Assembly: GCA_902518415.1 (NCBI GenBank)
Contig: CABYGA010000001.1
Span: 19,356 to 83,355 of the forward strand
Length of the DNA stretch: 64,000 bases
Source of the DNA: an uncultured Pelagibacteraceae bacterium
GTDB taxonomy: Bacteria; Pseudomonadota; Alphaproteobacteria; Pelagibacterales; AG-422-B15
Reading direction: 5' to 3'
Part shown: positions 56,461 to 64,000 of the stretch, in pieces
How the letters are laid out: each line of letters starts with the position of its first letter
Numbering within the stretch: position 1 is the stretch's first letter
The notes under the pieces: generated by a model
The model's database searches: none
What the model was told of the DNA's origin: nothing
Seen by the model: the letters and a program-made list of their open reading frames with translations, nothing else
Made by a program: the position numbers and the translations under genes

Positions 56461-57048
56461 ATGAAAAATATATTTATCCTAGTATTTGTGACTTTATGCC
56501 TTGATTTTGCAGCATTTGCAAAACAGGATGGTGGTGGTAACTCCGGTGGTCAAGGAAGTTCAGGAGGCAGCTCAGGAGGCAGCTCAGGAGGCAGCTCAGG
56601 AGGCAGCTCCGGTGGCAGCTCCGGTGGCAGTTCAGGCGGTGAGTCTGATGGAACAGGTTATCGAGGATCAACAGGCTATGATGGTGAGCTAAAAAGGATA
56701 CTATTCGAAATTGAAAAAAATGAAAACTATGAAGGAGCTCTTAAAGATTTAGAAGTTTATGTTTACGAAAACCCTCAAAATGCTAATGGGTGGAGCTTAA
56801 TAGGTTTCGCAAGCAGAAAGCTTGGTAAGTATGAAGATTCAGAACTTTATTATAGCACTGGATTAGAAATTGATCCAAATCACGATGATATTTTAGCATA
56901 TCAAGGAGAACTGTTTCTTGAAACAGGTAGATATGAAAAAGCAGTTCTTAATCTTGAAAAATTGACTGAGATATGCGTTTTTAATTGTGATGAGAAAAAA
57001 GAATTAAGTGAAGCAATTTCAAAGTATGAAAGTGAAAATAATTTCTAA
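56461..57048 (+). CDS. secreted protein: (SSGG)n low-complexity linker + TPR repeats
   Basis: Signal peptide MKNIFILVFVTLCLDFAAFA, then GGGNSGGQGSSGG(SSGG)n, then TPR-like helices (ANGWSLIGFASRKLGKYEDSELYYSTGLEIDPNH...). Confidence 0.65.
   Translation: MKNIFILVFVTLCLDFAAFAKQDGGGNSGGQGSSGGSSGGSSGGSSGGSSGGSSGGSSGGESDGTGYRGSTGYDGELKRILFEIEKNENYEGALKDLEVYVYENPQNANGWSLIGFASRKLGKYEDSELYYSTGLEIDPNHDDILAYQGELFLETGRYEKAVLNLEKLTEICVFNCDEKKELSEAISKYESENNF
56557..56640 (+). repeat. in-frame 12-nt tandem repeat (7 units; AGCTCAGGAGGC and variants)
   Basis: Units read directly: agttcaggaggc, agctcaggaggc x3, agctccggtggc x2, agttcaggcggt. Together they encode (SSGG)7. Confidence 0.9.
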
Positions 57049-57100
57049 TAAGTTGATTTCTTCAAAAACCTAATTAAGCTCAAATATTAGGTAAATTATA

Positions 57101-57319
57101 ATGATTAAGTTTTTAGTATTTTTTGTAATGGGCGCAGCTACTCTGTATTTCATAATACGTGCATTCGTAAACAGTGAACCAGGTAAAGTAGGAAGATTTT
57201 TAAAGGTAATTTTTGCAGCAGCAATTCTTTTTGGAATCATTTATTTTTTATTTAGAGGTAATTTAGGTTTCCTTGCTCCATTAATAGGTCTCGCCAGAAG
57301 ACTGCTGGTTGGGTTTTAA
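57101..57319 (+). CDS. 72-aa membrane protein, unknown
   Basis: Hydrophobic helices. Its stop lies 3 nt before the next gene start. Confidence 0.4.
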   Translation: MIKFLVFFVMGAATLYFIIRAFVNSEPGKVGRFLKVIFAAAILFGIIYFLFRGNLGFLAPLIGLARRLLVGF

Positions 57320-57322
57320 TAG

Positions 57323-58984
57323 ATGGAACAATTGTTTAGGAAAATTTCAATTATCATCTTCTTCTTTATTTCATCGATTATTTTCTTTACTTCGTGTGAT
57401 AATGGTTCTGATCAGTCAGCTGCTTTTACAGGTGTTAGGGTTATAGATAATTCTTATTCTCCACCCGTTGTTCGAATAAATCCTGGTGGTAAAGTTCGGT
57501 TTAATAATTGGGGCAACAATCCTCACAATGTTATTGCTGTTGATGAAAGTTGGGGCTCCCTAGCAGAAATTCCCAAGGGGGATTATCTAGATATAAATTA
57601 TGAAAATGAGGGGTTATATAAATATTTATGCTCATTCCATGCTTCACCAGATGGAAAATGGGGCATGGTTGGTTCTGTTGTTGTAGGTGATATAAATTAT
57701 GAAGATTATACTAACTTTTCAAAAAAAGATGTGGTTTCTAGATTTACAGGGAATGTCAGGCATGTACCTGATAATTACGAAACTATTCAAGATGCTGTAA
57801 ACGCTTCAAACCCAGGTGATCTTGTTTTAATCAAACCGGGTATTTACTACGAGGAAGTTGTTGTAAATGTCCCTTCAATCACGATAAGGGGTTGGGATAG
57901 AAATACAACAATCATCGATGGGGAGTTTGAAAGAGGTAATGGCATTTTAGTGGCTGGTGTCGATGGAGTAGTTATAGAAAATCTAACTGCAAGAAATGCA
58001 TTACTGAATGGTTTTTATTGGGCGACAGTGAAAGGTTATAGGGGCTCTTATTTAACAGCGTATAATAATGGTGATTATGGTGTATACGCATTTGACGCTG
58101 TCGACGGGGTTTTAGATCATTCTTATGCATCTGGCTCACCAGATGCAGGTTTTTATATTGGTCAATGTTATCCATGTGATGCAATCGTTCATGATGTTAT
58201 TTCTGAAAATAATGGACTCGGCTATTCAGGAACAAACTCGGGTGGATCTTTATATATTATAAGTTCAGTATTTAAAAATAATAAAGGTGGATTAGCGCCC
58301 AATACTCTAGACTCGGAACTTTTACCACCTGAAAGAGAAACTTTTATTATTGGCAATCTTATTGAAAACAATAACAACACAGATGCCCCTGCAACCCAAG
58401 CAACCAATTTATCTCTGGGAAATGGAGTAGTTATTGCAGGAGGTAATAACAATATTATTAAAAATAATGTTATAGCCAATCACGATCTTTATGGTGTTAT
58501 TATAACAGCCACTGCAGATGTGAATTACTGGCCTGCGCATGGCAATCGGGTTGAAAGTAATTTGATTATAAATTCTAAAAGGGCTGATATCGCATCTAGT
58601 GGCATCTCTAATTTAGGTAACTGTTTTGAAAATAATTATTTCAACACTTCAATTCCACCCGGCTTACAAACCCTCAACAAATGTGACTCTTCTTTCTATC
58701 CCTTAAGTGCAGATTTATCAGGTATGTGGTCATCTTTAGCGCGTGTAATTCAGACAAGTGATGGAAACTATGATCAAGGTGATTGGCGTACATTTGAAGC
58801 GCCCATTAACCAACCCAATATGCCCATTATGGATAAATTAATAAGTCTCGGTTATGATAAAACTTCATTGCCTGTTACAAAAATTTGGAGCTCAGTTAAG
58901 CCTGCAGTTGAGGTTTTTAGTCAATATGAGTATGTTTTAGAAGAAATAGAGCTACCACAAGAAGCTAGAAACTATTTGAACTAA
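57323..58984 (+). CDS. lipoprotein with N-terminal cupredoxin-like domain and NosD-like right-handed beta-helix
   Basis: Lipobox-like IFFTSC. Type-1-copper-like ligand pattern (NPHNV ... YLCSFHASPDGKWGM). Beta-helix entry motif TIQDAVNASNPGDLVLIKPGIYYEEVVV and repeated N/G-rich turns; 553 aa. Confidence 0.65.
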   Translation: MEQLFRKISIIIFFFISSIIFFTSCDNGSDQSAAFTGVRVIDNSYSPPVVRINPGGKVRFNNWGNNPHNVIAVDESWGSLAEIPKGDYLDINYENEGLYKYLCSFHASPDGKWGMVGSVVVGDINYEDYTNFSKKDVVSRFTGNVRHVPDNYETIQDAVNASNPGDLVLIKPGIYYEEVVVNVPSITIRGWDRNTTIIDGEFERGNGILVAGVDGVVIENLTARNALLNGFYWATVKGYRGSYLTAYNNGDYGVYAFDAVDGVLDHSYASGSPDAGFYIGQCYPCDAIVHDVISENNGLGYSGTNSGGSLYIISSVFKNNKGGLAPNTLDSELLPPERETFIIGNLIENNNNTDAPATQATNLSLGNGVVIAGGNNNIIKNNVIANHDLYGVIITATADVNYWPAHGNRVESNLIINSKRADIASSGISNLGNCFENNYFNTSIPPGLQTLNKCDSSFYPLSADLSGMWSSLARVIQTSDGNYDQGDWRTFEAPINQPNMPIMDKLISLGYDKTSLPVTKIWSSVKPAVEVFSQYEYVLEEIELPQEARNYLN

Positions 58985-59024
58985 TCCTCTAATTGTTTAA
59001 CCTATAATTAGGAGATAATAATAA

Positions 59025-59345
59025 ATGCCTGGAGTTACTTTTTTTCCATTAGAGGATGTCCCTTTTTTATCGCTCTTCTTTAATTTTTATGGATATTACC
59101 TTCCAATCTTCTTGTATGCCACCTGGACGGCAACAGCCTTATTTGACTTACACATTGGAAAATATAGAAGTATTCCATCTAAAATAACTTGGACACTTAT
59201 TTTAATGTTCATTCCTTTAGTTGGTCCACTTGTTTATCATATGTTTGCAGCTAGGGAATTAGATGTTGTTATTAGAGCTACGATGATTTTTGGAGGTATT
59301 GCTGTTATGACAATCGTTTTTCTTTACCTTGGTTTTGCACTTTAA
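59025..59345 (+). CDS. small membrane protein with PLD-nuclease N-terminal (PLDc_N)-like motif
   Basis: 106 aa with 3 TM. WTLILMFIPLVGPLVYHMF resembles the PLDc_N signature. Confidence 0.5.
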   Translation: MPGVTFFPLEDVPFLSLFFNFYGYYLPIFLYATWTATALFDLHIGKYRSIPSKITWTLILMFIPLVGPLVYHMFAARELDVVIRATMIFGGIAVMTIVFLYLGFAL

Positions 59346-59351
59346 ATAAAA

Positions 59352-60182
59352 GTGAAGTTCGACTCTCGTATAACGCCCATCAAAAGTAATTTAGCTGCTT
59401 CTTCATATAAATATATTGTTAAAAGAGCAAAATATTCTAAAGGCACAAAATATACAGTGGTCTGCTCATTTGCACCCTTATATTCAGACAAAAAATCTAA
59501 ATTAAGTACCCAACTTTTATTTGGAGAAGAGTGTATTGCTTATGAAGTATCCAAGGATTGGTCTTGGGTCCAATCATTAAGGGATCAATATGTCGGATAT
59601 ACACCAACAGCTAATCTATCTAGAAAATTATTTAAGCCCACTCACAAAGTAACCTCTCTTCGAACTAACATTTACAAGGAGCCTGATATCAAAAGTAAAG
59701 ATCTATTTCACTTAAGCTTTAATTCAGTCTTGGAAGTAAAAAAAACTAAAGGAAAATTTTCACTCGTTAATGGAGTAGGCTGGTGTCCGACAAGTGATCT
59801 ATCTTTAATTAATAAAGTGGGGCTAGATAGAATTAAATATGCAAAGCAATATTTGGATACTCCTTATTTATGGGGCGGTAGAGACTCTATGGGGATTGAC
59901 TGCTCAGGACTTGTTCAAAATCTAGTACAGATTAATAATAAAATTTTTCCAAGAGACACGGATATGCAAGAAATTTTTATAACTAAAGAGATTATGAGTG
60001 AAAAGATACTCAAAGCAGGTGATTTGATCTTTTGGAAAGGTCATGTAGCTATGATGATTGATAATAAGAATATCATCCATGCTAATGCTTATCACATGAA
60101 AACAGCAACAGAGTTATTAAGCGCTGCTAAAAAAAGAATATTCAAAACAAATGGAAAAATAAAGAAAATGGGAAGACTTTAG
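59352..60182 (+). CDS. NlpC/P60-family peptidoglycan peptidase with N-terminal SH3-like region (GTG start)
   Basis: Catalytic block GRDSMGIDCSGLVQ, plus His in GHVAMMI and a later His. The start codon at 59352 is GTG. Confidence 0.85.
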   Translation: MKFDSRITPIKSNLAASSYKYIVKRAKYSKGTKYTVVCSFAPLYSDKKSKLSTQLLFGEECIAYEVSKDWSWVQSLRDQYVGYTPTANLSRKLFKPTHKVTSLRTNIYKEPDIKSKDLFHLSFNSVLEVKKTKGKFSLVNGVGWCPTSDLSLINKVGLDRIKYAKQYLDTPYLWGGRDSMGIDCSGLVQNLVQINNKIFPRDTDMQEIFITKEIMSEKILKAGDLIFWKGHVAMMIDNKNIIHANAYHMKTATELLSAAKKRIFKTNGKIKKMGRL

Positions 60183-60183
60183 A

Positions 60184-61515
60184 CTAACTAAAGTTAAATT
60201 TATTTCTTATAAACCAGAGAAGTATTAGTGAAGGTATTACCATTAAGGCAGTAATTATAAAGAATGTCCCCCAATCACCCTGCAGCCAATCTACAAGTGA
60301 ACCTGATGAGGATGCCATAAGAGTTCTGCCGGCAGTCCCAAGAGAGGCAAGAAGGGCATACTGTGTCGCAGTATAAGTGCGGTCAACAAGTAAAGAAATA
60401 AACGTAACAAAAGCAACGGTTGCAAACGCAGCAGCAAGGTCGTCAAGAAGTACAGCAGCAGCAAATAATAATTCAGACTTATCTGACCATGCCATAAAGC
60501 TGAACATTATATTTGTGATAGCCATTGCTATGCCTGATATAAATAAGGCTTTTACAACTCCAGATTTAATGGCAAACCATCCTCCCAAAAGAGTAAATGT
60601 GATAGTTGTAATCCATCCGAGACCTTTTGAATAAATTGCAATATCGGATTTTGAAAATCCCATCTCGTCATAAAATATAATGGACATTCTTCCAAGAAAA
60701 GCCTCACCAATTTTAAAAAGGAAAATGAATCCAATAATTAAGAAGCTAATGGTCACACCATTTTTTTTAAAGAAGCTAGTTAGTGGACTGATAATTGTGC
60801 TTAAGAACCAAGCTGATAATCCAGCTGCTTTAAATTTATCTTGATCTTGCTTTTGGGCATTTTGTCTATCATTAGATGTGTCTTCGGGAATAAAAAGTAA
60901 TCCAATATTAAATAAAAGAATTAATAGGCAAAGAAATATAAAAGTGAGCTGCCAGTAATTTGTAAATCCAACCACTTCTAAATAATCGGCAACAAATAAA
61001 GTTAACATTCCTCCAATTTTATAACCTGTCCACCATCCAACTACAGCAATCGATGCGCCTGCAGCCATTGATGCTTTTTCATTTGCAGATATTTGTTCAA
61101 TTCTAAGAGCGTCAATTGTTATATCTTGTGATGCTGACGAAATTGCAATTAATAACCCTAAGAAAATAATAACTTCAAGATTATTTATTGGACTGAGAAA
61201 ACTCCAACAAATAAGACTGCATAAGATTATTAGTTGAAGAGATATTATCCATGATTTTCTATGACCTATTTTAGTTGTTAGAAATGGAATTTTTATTCTA
61301 TCAATTAAAGGAGCCCACAAAAAGTTAATTGCATAAACTCCAAAAATTAAACCTGCCCATCCAATAGTACTTCTTGAAAGTTCAAAGTCTTTTAACCAAA
61401 GTGACAACGCACTGCCAATTATTACCCATGGAAAACCACTAATAGCACCCAAAAGTAAAATGCGAAGCATTCTGTTATCAATATAAATTGATAAGCTAAC
61501 ATTTTCTTTTGTCAT
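60184..61515 (-). CDS. ampG: AmpG-family muropeptide/MFS permease
   Basis: 443 aa with 12+ TM and N-terminus LLLGAISGFPWVIIGSALSLWL typical of AmpG. Confidence 0.8.
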   Translation of the reverse strand: MTKENVSLSIYIDNRMLRILLLGAISGFPWVIIGSALSLWLKDFELSRSTIGWAGLIFGVYAINFLWAPLIDRIKIPFLTTKIGHRKSWIISLQLIILCSLICWSFLSPINNLEVIIFLGLLIAISSASQDITIDALRIEQISANEKASMAAGASIAVVGWWTGYKIGGMLTLFVADYLEVVGFTNYWQLTFIFLCLLILLFNIGLLFIPEDTSNDRQNAQKQDQDKFKAAGLSAWFLSTIISPLTSFFKKNGVTISFLIIGFIFLFKIGEAFLGRMSIIFYDEMGFSKSDIAIYSKGLGWITTITFTLLGGWFAIKSGVVKALFISGIAMAITNIMFSFMAWSDKSELLFAAAVLLDDLAAAFATVAFVTFISLLVDRTYTATQYALLASLGTAGRTLMASSSGSLVDWLQGDWGTFFIITALMVIPSLILLWFIRNKFNFS

Positions 61516-61577
61516 ATTAAATGAGAATAAGGTTTAGAGCCTGCAGCAGTCAATTAATATATTAAGTAATTATTAAT

Positions 61578-62132
61578 TTATTCAATCGGAGCAGGATTAT
61601 CGCTGAAACTTCTTAAATAAAGAATAACATTTGCTCGGTCTTTAGCCTTCTTCAGTCCAACAAATGACATTTTAGTCCCTTGGATATATTTTTTCGGATT
61701 GATCAAATAACTATTTAATTGTTCGAATGTCCAATCACCCTCAAAAGCTGCCATCGCGTTGGAATATTTATAATCATCTTTTGAACCAATATCCTTATTA
61801 ACAATATTCCATAGTCCTGGACCAATTTTATTAGCGCCACCTTTTTCCATAACATGACACTGTGAACATTTTTTAAAAACTTTTTTACCCTTATCTAGGT
61901 CAGCACTAGCAAGAAGAACTTGAATAGGGTCTTCTGTGGGAGCTTGGACAACTGCCTCAGTTGATGTTGCAGCTGCATCAATAAATAATTCATCACCCCC
62001 CTCCACTTGATAAGCGGCTACCTTCGGCTTCTCTACGTGATAAAGTATTTCACTAAAATTAGCTAAGCCAATAAACACAAGCGCTACTACTAAAATGCAG
62101 GCAACTATTTTATTAATTTCAAATGAATCCAT
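61578..62132 (-). CDS. cycM: membrane-anchored mitochondrial-type cytochrome c (CycM-like)
   Basis: N-terminal TM anchor, CSQCH heme motif with GANKIGPGLWNIV, and a downstream Met ligand region (GTKMSFVGLKK). Confidence 0.85.
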   Translation of the reverse strand: MDSFEINKIVACILVVALVFIGLANFSEILYHVEKPKVAAYQVEGGDELFIDAAATSTEAVVQAPTEDPIQVLLASADLDKGKKVFKKCSQCHVMEKGGANKIGPGLWNIVNKDIGSKDDYKYSNAMAAFEGDWTFEQLNSYLINPKKYIQGTKMSFVGLKKAKDRANVILYLRSFSDNPAPIE

Positions 62133-62221
62133 AATGTTTTTTTGCAGAATATATGATATTAATTAAACATTATTCTAATTTATTCAAGTTATTATGCGTC
62201 TTCTAGTCGCATAAAATCATT

Positions 62222-62962
62222 ATGATTACTCAAGAAAATACAGCAATCATCATACCTGCAAGACTTCAAGCAAGCAGACTTCCAAATAAACCTTTACTTG
62301 AGATTCATGGCAAGCCAATGATCCAACATGTTTGGGAAAGAGCTGCTTTATCTCAACTTGGTGAGGTTCTTGTTGCTACAGATAGTGAGGACATTAAAAA
62401 TTTAATTGAAGGCTTGGGAGGCAGTGCATGCATGACATCAGCAAAACATACCTCTGGTACTGATCGAATATATGAGGCCTTGAATAAATTTGATCTTGAT
62501 CAGAGGATAGAATTTGTAATTAATTTACAAGGTGACCTTCCAACAATTAATTCAGAAGCCCTAAGCACTGTGCTTAGTTTAATTGAAGAAGAGGGGTCTG
62601 AAATGGGCACATTGGCATCCGTGTTTAGGGATAAGTCAGAGATTAAAAAAAACCAAGTTGTTAAAGCATTTTGTGACTATAAAGAAAATGATAATTCTAC
62701 ACTGGCTTTAGATTTCATCAGGGAAAATCATAACTACGATGAAAATAAATTATACCACCATATCGGGATTTATTCTTTTAGAAGAGAGACTCTTAAAAAG
62801 TTTGTCACATTATCTCAGACTGAAAGAGAGCATAATGAAAAGCTCGAACAATTAAGAGCTTTGGATAATAATATAAAGATAAAAGTTGGTTTAATTGATT
62901 TTTTGCCTTTGGGAGTTGACACTCCTGATGATTTAGAGGAAATTAAAAAGATAATAAAGTAA
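62222..62962 (+). CDS. kdsB: 3-deoxy-manno-octulosonate cytidylyltransferase
   Basis: IIIPARLQASRLPNKPL N-terminus; 246 aa. Confidence 0.92.
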   Translation: MITQENTAIIIPARLQASRLPNKPLLEIHGKPMIQHVWERAALSQLGEVLVATDSEDIKNLIEGLGGSACMTSAKHTSGTDRIYEALNKFDLDQRIEFVINLQGDLPTINSEALSTVLSLIEEEGSEMGTLASVFRDKSEIKKNQVVKAFCDYKENDNSTLALDFIRENHNYDENKLYHHIGIYSFRRETLKKFVTLSQTEREHNEKLEQLRALDNNIKIKVGLIDFLPLGVDTPDDLEEIKKIIK

Positions 62963-63792
62963 TGAAAAAAATATCTTACCAAGGTGAATTAGGCGCTTAC
63001 TCGCATTTAGCATGTAATGAAGCTATGGCAGACTATGAGTCAGTGCCCTGTCGAACTTTTGAGGCAGCATTAAATTGTGTTAGAGAAGAGGAAGCAGATT
63101 TAGCAATGATACCAGTTGAGAACTCAGTTGCTGGTCGTGTAGCTGATATTCATTACTTACTAGGAGATTATGATCTCAAAATTTATGCTGAACATTTCCA
63201 GGAAGTAAAGCATCAGCTGCTTGCTAAAAAAGGAACTTCAATCGATCAAATAAAATTTGTAAGAAGTCATTCAATGGCAATTGGCCAATGTCAGACAGCA
63301 ATACAAAGATTAGACCTCAAGCCTATCGTTATGGCCGATACCGCTGGGTCTGCCAAACATATTAGTGAGACGGGCACGAATGAGGACTCTGCAATTGCCT
63401 CCCACTTAGCTGCAGAAATTTATGGATTAGAGATTTTAGAGTCAGATATTCAAGACATGAAGCACAACACAACACGATTTCTCATTATGTCAAAAGGCGC
63501 ACAACAGAAAAGAGATACAGAAAAATCATATTTAACCAGCTGTATTTTTGAAGTTCGAAGTGTTCCTTCAGCGTTATATAAAGCACTTGGAGGCTTTGCG
63601 ACTAATGGAGTAAACTTAACAAAGCTCGAGAGCTTTATTGTTGATGGTGATTTCAACAAAGCGCAGTTTTATATTGATCTTGATGGTCACGTTGATGATA
63701 GTTCTGTTAAAGGAGCTCTTGATGAGTTGTCATTCTATACAGAAAAACTTCAGGTTCTTGGTGTTTACCCAAAACATTCTTATAGGAATTAA
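62962..63792 (+). CDS. pheA: prephenate dehydratase
   Basis: ISYQGELGAYSHLA start, TRF motif (NTTRFLIM), and a C-terminal ACT domain (SALYKALGGFATNGVNLTKLES). Confidence 0.9.
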   Translation: MKKISYQGELGAYSHLACNEAMADYESVPCRTFEAALNCVREEEADLAMIPVENSVAGRVADIHYLLGDYDLKIYAEHFQEVKHQLLAKKGTSIDQIKFVRSHSMAIGQCQTAIQRLDLKPIVMADTAGSAKHISETGTNEDSAIASHLAAEIYGLEILESDIQDMKHNTTRFLIMSKGAQQKRDTEKSYLTSCIFEVRSVPSALYKALGGFATNGVNLTKLESFIVDGDFNKAQFYIDLDGHVDDSSVKGALDELSFYTEKLQVLGVYPKHSYRN

Positions 63793-63796
63793 TAAT

Positions 63797-64000
63797 TTAT
63801 TTACTGTGCAGCCATTCAACAATAAGTTGATGTGCTACAGCCATAGCGGGAGGAATCCAGATTCTGTCAGGACTTTTGCCAACAAAAATTCGATTTATAT
63901 CTTCGCGGGATAACCAAACTGCATGTTCAATCTCATCTTCATCTAAATTAGTTTTGTCATCATCTACATTTGAAAAACATCCAATCATTAATTGTGAAGA
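63797..64000 (-). CDS. C-terminal part of a Nudix hydrolase (NudC-like), truncated by window edge
   Basis: The frame is open to the right edge. The tail ...EIEHAVWLSREDI...IWIPPAMAVAHQLIVEW resembles the NADH pyrophosphatase C-terminus. Confidence 0.45.
   Translation of the reverse strand, partial: SSQLMIGCFSNVDDDKTNLDEDEIEHAVWLSREDINRIFVGKSPDRIWIPPAMAVAHQLIVEWLHSK

Noticed and set aside
56557-56640. Regular short repeats, considered as a possible CRISPR or other spaced array.
   Set aside because: The units are contiguous 12-mers without spacers, in frame within a CDS. No cas genes are present.
56474-56692. ORFs 56474..56671 (-) and 56501..56692 (+), with repetitive LLSC / QEAA translations.
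   Set aside because: They are alternative-frame readings of the 12-nt tandem repeat. The frame giving a signal peptide, (SSGG)n and TPR repeats is the coherent one.
62192-62214. The palindrome TTATGCG-N9-CGCATAA just upstream of kdsB.
   Set aside because: It is a single 7-bp dyad in a divergent promoter region with no second copy in the window. It is not distinguishable from chance or a minor 5'-UTH hairpin without comparative data.

Overview
This 64-kb window comes from a visibly AT-rich, tightly packed bacterial chromosome. Intergenic gaps are very short and many gene junctions overlap by 1-4 nt. The conserved gene order is alphaproteobacterial: trxA; folC-accD-trpA-trpB-trpF-pyrF-ihfB-rpsA-cmk-aroA; lptB-lptA-lptC-kdsD-rnd; gltD-gltB-queG; thrS-infC-rpmI-rplT-pheS-pheT-lepA. 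Together with the streamlining, this suggests a Pelagibacterales/SAR11-like marine organism, but the taxon is inference only.

Bases 1-35.9 kb are ordinary core genome. The most unusual locus starts at the tRNA-Ser(GGA) that abuts lepA. The full tRNA (35854-35943) is followed by two direct copies of its 3' 58 nt (36709-36766 and 39861-39918). These bound two small islets with no integrase. The islets carry 11-bp-periodic 8-mer pairs at matching positions, which look like recombinase arm sites.

- Islet A is 765 bp and holds one YdjM/DUF457-like membrane protein.
- Islet B is about 3.1 kb. It encodes an 820-aa membrane-anchored protein that combines a duplicated unknown Cys-pair module, an NHL beta-propeller and a cytochrome c5 domain, plus a small secreted protein.

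Downstream (39.9-46.3 kb) lies accessory-looking content:
- a secreted protein with a Gly/Ser-repeat tail;
- an SGNH esterase;
- a translationally coupled operon of a di-iron protein, a NodU/CmcH carbamoyltransferase and a micro-ORF;
- an MFS transporter;
- a LysE-family exporter preceded by a G+C-rich structured leader with three TTTCGGGG repeats and an intrinsic terminator.

The rest of the window holds a mixture of core and niche genes: an Asp/Glu-racemase-like protein with a carboxyltransferase, cytochromes b561/c', yjbQ, selO, ABC transporter parts, MATE, cspA, a GS-repeat/TPR protein, a cupredoxin plus beta-helix lipoprotein cluster, NlpC/P60, ampG, cycM, kdsB, pheA and nudC.

I did not recognise any rRNA, CRISPR array, transposase, integrase or known defence gene.
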